From Candidatus Hadarchaeales archaeon (lineage in GTDB: Archaea; Hadarchaeota; Hadarchaeia; Hadarchaeales; Hadarchaeaceae), in assembly GCA_038823825.1 (NCBI GenBank), contig JAWBCC010000001.1:150001-182000 (forward strand): 32,000 bases of DNA, read 5' to 3'. A program made the position numbers and the translations under genes. The notes beneath the pieces are model-generated. The model made no database searches. It was not told where the DNA came from and was given only the letters and a program-made list of their open reading frames with translations. Positions 18,059 to 26,615 of the stretch are shown one piece after another (the first letter of the stretch is position 1; the number at the start of each line of letters is the position of its first letter).

Positions 18059-18916
18059 CTACTCGAAAATTATCGTTTTATTTTCGTAGACCAAGAGTCT
18101 TCTCTCGCAGTAGAGACGAACGGATTCGCTGAGAATCGTTTTTTCAAGATCTTCGCTCCTTCTCATAATGTCCGCCAGGCTGTCCTTATGAGAAATCCGG
18201 ACGACGTCTTGATAGATAATGGGTCCTTCGTCTATCTCCTCTGTGACGAAGTGAACGGTTGCGCCGATGAGTTTCACACCTCTCCTGTACGCTTGTGTGA
18301 ACGGGTCTTTTCCTGGAAAGGCTGGAAGGAAGGAAGGATGAACACTTATCACTCTGTTTCTGAATTGATTGACGAAATATGACGATAAAATCTTCCCATA
18401 ACGGGCTAAGACGACAAGCTCGACTTTTTCCTTCCTTAGCAGCTCCACTTGCTTTCTCTCACCTTCCTCTCTCCTTGCTGGGTCCACTGGGATGTGATAA
18501 AATGGAACACCGAACATTTTGGCCACATCGCTGGCATCCGTTTTGTCACCTATGATCAAAGGAATCTCACAGCGTAATCTACCCTCCCTCCACTTAGCCA
18601 AGAGGTCGTAAAGGCAATGGAGAAGCCTGGAGACCATGATTGCGATTCTCGGTTTCTCCGAGCTGAAGTGGATTTCCCAATCCGCCTTCAAGTCAGAAGC
18701 AAGCGGCTGAAAAGCCTCTCTAAGTCGCACTTTAGGGATTTTGAAATCTTCGAGCGTCCACTCAACCCTGGCGAAGTATCTTTTGAATTCTTCGTCGACA
18801 TGCTGGTCGAAATGAATGATGTTTCCATCGTTCTGCCATATGAAGTTAGATATTCTTGCGTCTATTCCCCGAGCGTCCGGGCACGACAGAAGGAGAATCG
18901 CCGTTTCCATCCTCAT
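18059..18916 (-). CDS. purU: Formyltetrahydrofolate deformylase (ACT domain + formyltransferase fold)
   Basis: N-terminal ACT-like AILLLSCPDARGIDARISNFI. C-terminal VISVHPSFLPAFPG...GVKLIGATVHFVTEEIDEGPII. Confidence 0.85.
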   Translation of the reverse strand: MRMETAILLLSCPDARGIDARISNFIWQNDGNIIHFDQHVDEEFKRYFARVEWTLEDFKIPKVRLREAFQPLASDLKADWEIHFSSEKPRIAIMVSRLLHCLYDLLAKWREGRLRCEIPLIIGDKTDASDVAKMFGVPFYHIPVDPARREEGERKQVELLRKEKVELVVLARYGKILSSYFVNQFRNRVISVHPSFLPAFPGKDPFTQAYRRGVKLIGATVHFVTEEIDEGPIIYQDVVRISHKDSLADIMRRSEDLEKTILSESVRLYCERRLLVYENKTIIFE

Positions 18917-19003
18917 AAGCTCTCTTTCCCAGTTTTTATTACTTGTTTAGAAATCTCCCAATTGTTTTATTTCTTTGTTTGAGAAAAATAAGGAGGTGAA
19001 TCG

Positions 19004-20542
19004 TTGTCAGAGGCTGAAAAATACGCGAAGTACATGGTCCGCGGAAGCATCACAATCTTCCTATCCTTTGTTCTATCCGGTCTAGCCGCTCTGCTGATCA
19101 GGATAGTCCTGGCCAGAAATCTAACCCCAGAAGAGTATGGAATGGTCTATGCTGCATTTTATTTCGTGAGCTTTTTTGGTTTCTTCAGGGAGCTGGGTCT
19201 GACGGCATCTCTTACGAAATATATCCCCGAGTTTCTGACAAAAAAGGATTATTCATCGATACGTGCATCCATAAAATTCGTTCTGCTTCTTCAAGTGGCC
19301 ATAGTTGGTGCGGTTTCAACAGTTTTATTCTTTCTCTCACCATACATTGCCTCAGGCTTTATCGGACAACCGGGAGCCACCCAAATTCTCCGATATTTCA
19401 CGATATGGCTTTTTCTCTCCATCTTTTATTCAACTTTGCTCAGCATTTTTCAAGGCTTCCGCGATATAGCTGCGCACGGTTTACTGACGGCTGGTTTTGA
19501 AATATCAATTTTGGTTTTTCTGGTTCCCCTCCTATTTCTTTTCAATTTGGGGGCAAACGGCGCCGCTTTAGCCTATCTTTTCGGTACTCTAGTTCTCTCC
19601 GTTATATTCCTTTTTTACCTTAGACTTAAGCACGGCGAAATATTCTCAGTTCCCTCGGCTCAGCTCAAAATCGTTGCACGTCCTCTTCTTCTCTTTTCGA
19701 TCCCGCTCGCGCTAGCGAGCATTTTCTCTATGCTCATGAGTTATATTGACACCTGGGCAGTCACCGCCTTCTGTGGCGTAGAAGAGGTTGGATACTATCA
19801 GGTTGCACAGCCGACAGCACGTCTGCTATACTATGTGGCCGGATCGATCGTTATCCCGCTTTTTCCCTTGATTTCGGAGCTCTGGGCAAAAAACGATAGG
19901 TCATTTTTGAGCGGCGTAGTTTCGTCCATATTGAGTTTTTCATTTCTATTAATGATGCCTTTTGTTTTGGTTTTCATAGCTTTTCCAGAGGTCGTCATTC
20001 GCATCCTTTTCGGAGAAGGATATGTCGCTGGTGCACCCGTTCTTCAAATCTTCGCAGTAACTGCCTTGATATCGCTTTTATACAAAATCTTCAGCACGAC
20101 AGCCGCGGGAATAGGAAAACCGAAGGCAATCTTGACCGTAGCGATCAGCATGGGTGTGGCGGCGATCGCTTTTAACATGACTTTGGTCCCTGTCTGGGGC
20201 ATGAAAGGCGCAGCCTTTTCTCAGCTTATCGCTCACATGGCTGGTTTTGTCGTATACGCTGCATATTTGCGCAGATTTATAAAATTCTCTCTTCCAGTCT
20301 CCCCCATGATAAAAACAATAACTGGAAGCGTTTTTACTCTTCTGATTGTCTGGAGTCTAAAATCGATTTTGATTCTTCCAGTCTTCATTGAGACAGCGAT
20401 CGTTGCGTTCGCAGGTCTGCTATTTTACCTCATCTGGATTATTGCGACAAAGGCCTTGACAAGAGATGACATCGCTCTTCTGGTGAGAGCATTCCCAATT
20501 CCGCGGAGACTTGTTACATGGGCTGCAAGATATTTCAAATAA
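19004..20542 (+). CDS. Polysaccharide/oligosaccharide flippase (MOP/Wzx family)
   Basis: 512 aa, with roughly 12-14 hydrophobic helices throughout and a basic N-terminus. TTG start preceded by AAGGAGGTGA (18990-18999). Confidence 0.8.
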   Translation: MSEAEKYAKYMVRGSITIFLSFVLSGLAALLIRIVLARNLTPEEYGMVYAAFYFVSFFGFFRELGLTASLTKYIPEFLTKKDYSSIRASIKFVLLLQVAIVGAVSTVLFFLSPYIASGFIGQPGATQILRYFTIWLFLSIFYSTLLSIFQGFRDIAAHGLLTAGFEISILVFLVPLLFLFNLGANGAALAYLFGTLVLSVIFLFYLRLKHGEIFSVPSAQLKIVARPLLLFSIPLALASIFSMLMSYIDTWAVTAFCGVEEVGYYQVAQPTARLLYYVAGSIVIPLFPLISELWAKNDRSFLSGVVSSILSFSFLLMMPFVLVFIAFPEVVIRILFGEGYVAGAPVLQIFAVTALISLLYKIFSTTAAGIGKPKAILTVAISMGVAAIAFNMTLVPVWGMKGAAFSQLIAHMAGFVVYAAYLRRFIKFSLPVSPMIKTITGSVFTLLIVWSLKSILILPVFIETAIVAFAGLLFYLIWIIATKALTRDDIALLVRAFPIPRRLVTWAARYFK

Positions 20543-20545
20543 TCT

Positions 20546-21268
20546 TCAGAGAAAACCTCTTTTCATGAGTTCTTCCGCGATGATGAAGTCAAGCTCTGTG
20601 TTTATGTCAAAGGATTCCATTTCATCCATTACCAAAGCTAGGATCTCGTCCCCGGTCACGGATTTTTTCTCCCAAATGGTTTTCGGTCTTATCACGTCTA
20701 TGCAGGCGTTTTGTATGTAAACCTTGGGTAAAATCTGGTATGGTAAGCTGTGTCCATTTTTTGGTTTTTTATCAAGTGGTACGAACGATTTAAGTCTATT
20801 CCCCTCAATTACCCACATCTTGTAAGGATGTTCCTTACATAGCCTGACTGATCGAAGCGAATCCGCGTCTGGATTCTCAAGCATCATCTCTATCGCTTTA
20901 TCGATTGTTGAAGGTTTAAGAAAAGGCGAGGTGGGAAATAGCTTGACCACGAGGTCCGGGATGTACCCCTCATTGTCCCGCAACCAGTTAAGGGCATGCT
21001 CTATGGCGTAAAACTCGGGGGAATCCTCTTTTGCGAATTCTTTTGGACGGTAAAATGGAACCTCTGCTCCACACTCTCTGGCAACCTTGGCAATTTCCTC
21101 GTCATCGGTTGAAACGATTATTCTGTTTATATATTTGGATTTTCTCGCAGCCTGTATTACGTAGTAAATAAGGGGCTGTCCCGCGAGCGGTCTGATGTTC
21201 TTTCTCGGAACCCTTACGGAGCCACCTCTGGCAAGAATCAGTCCCAAAATCTTCATTTCCCGAGCCAT
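20546..21268 (-). CDS. Acylneuraminate (nonulosonate) cytidylyltransferase, NeuA/LegF-like
   Basis: ILARGGSVRVPRKNIRPLAGQPLIYYVI, IIVSTDDEEIAKVA, PFYRPKEFAKEDSP, YQILPKVYIQNACIDV. 16-nt overlap with the upstream transketolase gene. Confidence 0.85.
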   Translation of the reverse strand: MAREMKILGLILARGGSVRVPRKNIRPLAGQPLIYYVIQAARKSKYINRIIVSTDDEEIAKVARECGAEVPFYRPKEFAKEDSPEFYAIEHALNWLRDNEGYIPDLVVKLFPTSPFLKPSTIDKAIEMMLENPDADSLRSVRLCKEHPYKMWVIEGNRLKSFVPLDKKPKNGHSLPYQILPKVYIQNACIDVIRPKTIWEKKSVTGDEILALVMDEMESFDINTELDFIIAEELMKRGFL

Positions 21269-23151
21269 TTCTTCACCTTTTGTTTTATGCTCTCCGCATC
21301 AAGTCCAAAATAAGCCAAAATTTCTCCATTTTCTCCGGATTTCCCGTACCCTTCTATTCCTATTGTGTAGATTCTTCTGCCAAGTATTCTGTTTAGCTCT
21401 TCCGATATCCCACCTTTTGTAGAATGATTTTCTAAACAGATCACAGTTTCAAAGTCTTCCGTCTCTCTCAGGAGCCATTCTTCGTCAATTCTGTTCAGCC
21501 AAGGTAGGTCTATTATTTTGACTTTTATCTCATCTTTTTCCAACATTTGGCGGGCAATCAGAGCCTCGGAAAGCATGGTCGGACCATAACCTATCATAAC
21601 GGCATCTTTCCCATCCGCCAACTTTATTCCCTTGCCAAGTTCGAGTTTTTGTTCTTTCCATGGTATTTGCAACCTTGGAATGTTGTGCTCAAGCCTAAGG
21701 TAACTTGGCCCATCGTAATCGAAGACCAAAAACTCAAAGATTCTTCTCAACTCCTCTTTGCATGAAGGCGCGGAGAGTAGAAGATTTGGAATGTTTCGCA
21801 GGAGGGCTATATCTCTGATTCCTTGGTGAGATTTTCCCGGTTTTGCGGGGAGGATTCCGGCGAGATGACCGACATAGATTATCTTTGAACCCTCAGAGCA
21901 GTTATTGAAAATTTGTTCATTTGCTCTGGAGGTTAGAAATGCGGCATAGGTGTTTACAATTGGAAGCTTGCCGGCGAGAGCGAGTCCACCGGCTATCGAA
22001 ACCATGTCCTGTTCCGCGATTCCGACTTCCACAAACCTCTCGGGAAAGGTTATCTGGAATTCGCGCAGGCCGCAGGACTCCGCGAGATCTGCATCGAGCA
22101 CGATTAACTCTTTTTTCTTTCCTCCTACATCGACCAGAATTTGTGAGAAAGCTTCGACTAGAGACTCTCCGGGTTTTGGAGGTTTTTCTGCTAAATCTGG
22201 GCGGAAGACGGGGAAAGCTATGGGAATTTTATGTCTAGCCAACTTTTTCTTTATTCTCGTTGCAATTTCCCCCCAAGCTTTCCGATATTCTTCTCCGAAG
22301 GGGAGTTTATCGTGCCATTTGTAGAATCCCTTGCCGGACTTGAGAGCCACAGGATGTTCCATGAAAGAAACACCCTTTCCTTTTATCGTGTTGAGAATGA
22401 TGGCTTTCGGTTTACCCCTTATTTTCCTTATTTTTTTCAGAACTCTCAAGATTTTGCCAATATCATGCCCGTTTGTGACCTCAACATGCCATCCGAATGA
22501 TTTCAGTTTTTCTCTGATTGGGGAGATATCGACGACTCTTTCAACAGGCATGTCGGTTTGTACATAGTTTCTATCAATGAGCAGGTAAAGGTTATCGAGT
22601 TTCCAGTGACTCGCTGAGAGAACGGCCTCCCAATTTTGTCCCTCTTGGAGTTCGCCGTCTCCAACCAGAACATAAACGGACTTCTTAACCCCATCCAGCT
22701 TTGCGCTTAAAGCAAATCCCTTCGCTTTTGATATTCCCATTCCAAGCGAACCGGTGTTTGTTTCCACTCCGGGAGCAGATATCTCGGCATGTCCCTCCAG
22801 CCCATTTAACCTTCTAAAGGTTGCCAAACGTTCTGTTGGGAAAAAGCCACAGGATGCCAATGTTGAATAAAGCGCAGCCGCGGCATGTCCCTTGGAGAGA
22901 ATAAAAACATCTCGTTCGGCGTTTTTTGGATTGGTGGGGTCGATTTTCATTTCGGAGTGATATAAAACTGTCAAAATTTCTACGGCGCTGAAGGATGCTC
23001 CTATATGCCCGGATTTTGCGCAGATGATTGTGTTCAAAGCGTTTAATCTGATCATGTCTGCGATAACCGAAAGCTTCTCCTCAAGCTTCATCGTTCTGCA
23101 TTTTTTGACCTCGTCAAAGTCTGATTTCTCGAAAAAGATTTTCATCCTCAA
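21253..23151 (-). CDS. Transketolase-family ThDP enzyme, with the 'split-type' N and C sections fused in one 632-aa polypeptide
   Basis: N section: AKSGHIGASFS, ILSKGHAAAALY, LEGHAE, TGSLGMGIS, GDGELQEGQNWEA (ThDP/Mg motif), DNLYLLIDRN. C section: FPERFVEVGIAEQDMVSIAGGLA, SHQGIRDIALLRNIPN. ATGA overlap with the upstream ALDH gene. Confidence 0.85.
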   Translation of the reverse strand: MRMKIFFEKSDFDEVKKCRTMKLEEKLSVIADMIRLNALNTIICAKSGHIGASFSAVEILTVLYHSEMKIDPTNPKNAERDVFILSKGHAAAALYSTLASCGFFPTERLATFRRLNGLEGHAEISAPGVETNTGSLGMGISKAKGFALSAKLDGVKKSVYVLVGDGELQEGQNWEAVLSASHWKLDNLYLLIDRNYVQTDMPVERVVDISPIREKLKSFGWHVEVTNGHDIGKILRVLKKIRKIRGKPKAIILNTIKGKGVSFMEHPVALKSGKGFYKWHDKLPFGEEYRKAWGEIATRIKKKLARHKIPIAFPVFRPDLAEKPPKPGESLVEAFSQILVDVGGKKKELIVLDADLAESCGLREFQITFPERFVEVGIAEQDMVSIAGGLALAGKLPIVNTYAAFLTSRANEQIFNNCSEGSKIIYVGHLAGILPAKPGKSHQGIRDIALLRNIPNLLLSAPSCKEELRRIFEFLVFDYDGPSYLRLEHNIPRLQIPWKEQKLELGKGIKLADGKDAVMIGYGPTMLSEALIARQMLEKDEIKVKIIDLPWLNRIDEEWLLRETEDFETVICLENHSTKGGISEELNRILGRRIYTIGIEGYGKSGENGEILAYFGLDAESIKQKVKKWLGK

Positions 23152-24632
23152 TCCCTTTTGAACTGGACGTTCTGAACTCCTCCACTGTAGTCTATGTAAA
23201 TCGTCTTAAGCTCGGAGAAGGTTTCGATTGCGGCCCATCCCACCTCCCTGTGGCCACCCGAGTCTTTTACACCGCCGAAAGGTAGATGGACTTCGGAGCC
23301 AAAAGTCGGGGCGTTAACGTAGCAAACTCCAGCCTCCATTTTATCAAGGGCTTCCATAGCTCTGTTGACGTTTCTAGTGAAGATTGATGCAGAGAGACCG
23401 TAGTTTGTTGAGTTGTGGACTTTTATGGCTTCCTCGAAGGAGTCAACTTTCATCACAGCGAGAACCGGGCCGAAGATTTCCTCTCTGGCGATCCTCATCT
23501 CGGGCTTGACCTCGGTGAAAATGGTTGGCTCAAAGTATAATCCTCTTGAATAATCCCCCTCTGTCAACCTTCTTCCCCCGAGGATCAGTTTGGCTCCTTC
23601 TCTTTTTCCTATCTCCACGTATGTGATGATCTTGTTCAGTTGTCTCTCGCTTATCACTGGGCCTATCTCCGTAGTTTCATCTTCTGGATGTCCGACTTTC
23701 ATCTTTTTTGTTCGATCTACAAGTCTTTCGATAAATTCCTCGTAAATTTCTGCGTGGACGATTGCTCTGCTCGTTGCCGTACAACGCTGTCCAGAGACTG
23801 TGAAAGCACCGCGTGCAACCGCATCCACGGCTAGCTCCAAGTCACAATCCTCCATAACTATCGCAGCATTCTTTCCGCCGAGTTCGAGCGAGACCTTGGC
23901 GAGTCTCTCCCCGCAGATGGAAGCGATTTTTCTTCCAACTTCCGTTGATCCGGTGAAAGAGATGAGTCTGACTCTCTTGTTTCTAACGAGAGCCTCTCCA
24001 GCTTCTTCTCCAATTCCCTGTACCATATTGAAAACTCCTGGAGGAAGCTCAGATTCCGCAAAAACTTCCGCTATCTTCGTTGCCGCGAAAGGTGCCTCTT
24101 CCGATGGCTTTACGACAACAGTATTCCCACAGATTAGGGCGGGAAAAACTTTCCAACATATCAGATTAATCGGAAAATTCCAAGGGACGATGATGCCGCA
24201 GACTCCTATTGGAAATCTTCTGGTCATTGCCAGCCTTTTCGGGAGTTCGGAAAAAGTTGTTCTTCCATACAGGCGTCTTCCTTCGCCTGCCATAAAATCG
24301 CACATGTCTATGGCAGCTTTTATCTCGCCCAGGGCATCCCTCATCGTTTTGCCAACATCTTTTACGAGAGCTTTAGCCAGCTCCTCCTTCCTCTTTCTAA
24401 GAAGTTCGCTTATCTGTTGAAGCATTCTTCCCCTAATGGGGGGAGGTGTCTCTGACCATTCCCTGAAAGCCTTCTCGGCCGCCTCCACGGCTTTTTCAAC
24501 GTCTCGTTCATCAGACTTAGGAAAGAGACCGATCACTTCGTCCGTGTTTGCGGGATTTCTTCTCTCAAAGGTTCTGCCGGAAGTTGTCTCGACCCATTCT
24601 CCACCTATGAAGTTGCGGAAAACTTCGGGCAT
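23148..24632 (-). CDS. NAD(P)+-dependent aldehyde dehydrogenase (lactaldehyde/glycolaldehyde/glyceraldehyde-DH-like)
   Basis: FIGGEWV N-terminus, VPWNFP, FTGSTEVG, catalytic LELGGKNA and SGQRCTA. The start is placed at ATG 24632 (MPEVFRNFIGGEW), 1 nt after the SDR stop. The track's alternative is 24656. Confidence 0.85.
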   Translation of the reverse strand: MPEVFRNFIGGEWVETTSGRTFERRNPANTDEVIGLFPKSDERDVEKAVEAAEKAFREWSETPPPIRGRMLQQISELLRKRKEELAKALVKDVGKTMRDALGEIKAAIDMCDFMAGEGRRLYGRTTFSELPKRLAMTRRFPIGVCGIIVPWNFPINLICWKVFPALICGNTVVVKPSEEAPFAATKIAEVFAESELPPGVFNMVQGIGEEAGEALVRNKRVRLISFTGSTEVGRKIASICGERLAKVSLELGGKNAAIVMEDCDLELAVDAVARGAFTVSGQRCTATSRAIVHAEIYEEFIERLVDRTKKMKVGHPEDETTEIGPVISERQLNKIITYVEIGKREGAKLILGGRRLTEGDYSRGLYFEPTIFTEVKPEMRIAREEIFGPVLAVMKVDSFEEAIKVHNSTNYGLSASIFTRNVNRAMEALDKMEAGVCYVNAPTFGSEVHLPFGGVKDSGGHREVGWAAIETFSELKTIYIDYSGGVQNVQFKRD

Positions 24633-24633
24633 G

Positions 24634-25455
24634 TCACCACGCCGTGTAACCTCCATCTATTACGATGTTCGCTCCAGTCATGTACGAGGAGGCATCCGAA
24701 GCCAGAAAGAGTATTGCACCATTATATTCGTCTTTTCTTGCCATTCTTCCAAGCGGAACCTTTGCTGAATAATTTTTCACGAATTCGGGATCCTGATTGT
24801 TGAAAACACCACCAAAAATTAGACAGTTGACCCTGACATTCTTTTTGGCCCAATAAGTTGCAAGATACTTCGTCAGGTTGGAGACGGCTCCTTTGCTCAC
24901 GCAGTATGAAACCGGCTTTACAAAAGTTTGCCCGCTCTTCAGCTCGTATATGCGTTGATCGGGCGAAACTTCGCCGTAAATGGATGAGATGTTTATGATG
25001 CTCCCGCCCCCGCCCCCGGCCATCTTGCTTCCTATGATTTGTGTGCAGAGAATAGTTCCGATGACGTTCACGTCAAGAATCTTGCGAAGCAGATCCTCTG
25101 GGTAATTCTCAAATGTTAGAGTTTTTCCACCATATGTAGGTGGCACGTCTATTGCTGCGGCATTTACCAAGATTTTTGGAAAACCCCATTTTTTGACGAC
25201 GTCTTCGAGGGCACGCTCTATCGAGTCTCTGTCCGTCACATCAACCTTGTAGACGGCAATTCTCTCGCTTTTAAAAAGTTCTCGATATTCCTCAGGGACC
25301 TCGGTTTGAAGGTCAAAGACTGCGACCTTCGCCCCTGCGCCGTGGAGAGTTTTTACGAATTCTCTTCCGAGGAGTCCGGTGCCGCCCGTGACTATGGCAA
25401 CCCTGCCCTCGAGACCAAAAAGCTTGCTTAACATCTCTAAGTCTACTTCCGTCAT
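24634..25455 (-). CDS. Short-chain dehydrogenase/reductase, PtmA ('flagellin modification protein A')-like
   Basis: VAIVTGGTGLLG cofactor motif; YCVSK catalytic Y-x3-K. The ISSIYGEVSPDQRIYE...LTKYLATYWAKKNVRVNCL..GGVFNNQ...FLASDASSYMTGANIVIDGG pattern matches, from memory, the SDR subfamily found in nonulosonate loci. Confidence 0.75.
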   Translation of the reverse strand: MTEVDLEMLSKLFGLEGRVAIVTGGTGLLGREFVKTLHGAGAKVAVFDLQTEVPEEYRELFKSERIAVYKVDVTDRDSIERALEDVVKKWGFPKILVNAAAIDVPPTYGGKTLTFENYPEDLLRKILDVNVIGTILCTQIIGSKMAGGGGGSIINISSIYGEVSPDQRIYELKSGQTFVKPVSYCVSKGAVSNLTKYLATYWAKKNVRVNCLIFGGVFNNQDPEFVKNYSAKVPLGRMARKDEYNGAILFLASDASSYMTGANIVIDGGYTAW

Positions 25456-25476
25456 GCTTCAAAATTGATTTTTCGT

Positions 25477-25531
25477 GTAGATAAATAGAGTTTTCTGTTT
25501 GGGGAAAATTTTTCAAAAATCGTTTTTATTA
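25477..25531. promoter_or_regulatory. Divergent promoter region between the SDR operon and the NANS-like gene
   Basis: 'gataaatag' (TATA-like on the minus strand, ~28 nt from ATG 25455) and 'tttttatta' (25523-25531, ~30 nt from ATG 25557). Neither first gene has a convincing SD, so they may be leaderless. Confidence 0.35.
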
Positions 25532-25556
25532 GAAGAAGTCATCATAATTTGGAAAG

Positions 25557-26615
25557 ATGAAAGAGATAAGAGAGGTCAAGATAGGCAGCAGGTGGGTGGG
25601 CGACGACCATCCATGTTACATCGTCGCTGAAATCGGGAACAACCACAACGGTGAGCTCGAGATTGCTAAAAGACTGATCGAGGCTGCTTATGAGTGTGGG
25701 GCTGATGCCGTCAAATTCCAAAAGAGGGATATCGATTCTCTAATGACAAATGAACTCAAAAACATGCCTTATCTGAAATACGATTCTTTTGGGGCTACCT
25801 ATGGCGAACACAGACAAAAATTGGAGCTTCCTGAAGAAGATTGGTATAGGCTTTTCAACTTTGCCAAGAAGCTCGGAATTGATTTTTATGCAACGCCTTT
25901 TGATTTCAAAAGCGCCGATTTTCTTGAGAAACTGGGTGTCCCTTGCTTTAAGATAGCCTCCTTTGATGTCACAAATTTGCCATTGATCGATTACGTATGC
26001 AAGAAGGGAAAACCGGTTATCCTTTCTACCGGCATGTGCACATGGGAGGAGCTCGATGAGGCGGTCGAAGTCATACGGAGAAATGGAAACGATTTCATCC
26101 TCCTCCACTGTGTTTCGGCCTATCCGCACGACAACGAGATGTCAAATCTCCGGATGATTCAGAAGCTGAAAGAAAGATACAAAGTACCGGTCGGATATTC
26201 AGGGCACGAGAAATCAGGATTTGTCATTTCGCTTGGAGCCAGAATGATGGGTGCATGTATGATCGAAAGACACTTCACGCTCGATAGGACGATGAAAGGA
26301 CCTGACCATGCCGCATCTTTAGAGCCGAAAGGTCTAGCCGAACTGGTTAAAAACATCCGTAAGCTGGAGCAGGCCTTCGGAGACGGTGAGAAAAAGATTT
26401 TGGACATAGAGATGCCTCTGAGGCTTAAAATGACGAAAAGCATAGTAACGACGCGCTACATAAGGGCTGGAGAGGTCATAAGAAGGGAAGATCTCACCGT
26501 TAAATGTCCGGGAACGGGGCTCAAGCCGAAATATATTGACATGCTTGTTGGCAAAGTGGCTAAGAAGGATTTGCCCGAGGATACTATCGTTCCACTTGAG
26601 GCTCTCGAGTGGTAG
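25557..26615 (+). CDS. Nonulosonate-9-phosphate synthase-like NeuB homologue (animal NANS / KDN-9-P synthase type) with a C-terminal SAF domain
   Basis: RWVGDDHPCYIVAEIGNNHNGELEIAKRLIEAAYECGADAVKFQK, GATYGEHRQKLEL, GYSGHE, KGPDHAASLEPKGLAELV. These align closely with my recollection of human NANS (RWVGGQHPCFIIAEIGQNHQGDL..KFQK, GKTYGEHKRHLEF, GYSGHE, KGSDHSASLEPGELAELV). They do not match bacterial NeuB/PseI (K.QT.., SDHT). Confidence 0.8.
   Translation: MKEIREVKIGSRWVGDDHPCYIVAEIGNNHNGELEIAKRLIEAAYECGADAVKFQKRDIDSLMTNELKNMPYLKYDSFGATYGEHRQKLELPEEDWYRLFNFAKKLGIDFYATPFDFKSADFLEKLGVPCFKIASFDVTNLPLIDYVCKKGKPVILSTGMCTWEELDEAVEVIRRNGNDFILLHCVSAYPHDNEMSNLRMIQKLKERYKVPVGYSGHEKSGFVISLGARMMGACMIERHFTLDRTMKGPDHAASLEPKGLAELVKNIRKLEQAFGDGEKKILDIEMPLRLKMTKSIVTTRYIRAGEVIRREDLTVKCPGTGLKPKYIDMLVGKVAKKDLPEDTIVPLEALEW

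Noticed and set aside
25005-25022. C/G-rich run cccgcccccgcccccggc that looks like a simple repeat.
   Set aside because: It is the antisense of five Gly codons encoding the GGGGG loop (KMAGGGGGSIINISS) in the SDR. It is in frame and plausibly a flexible loop, not a regulatory repeat.
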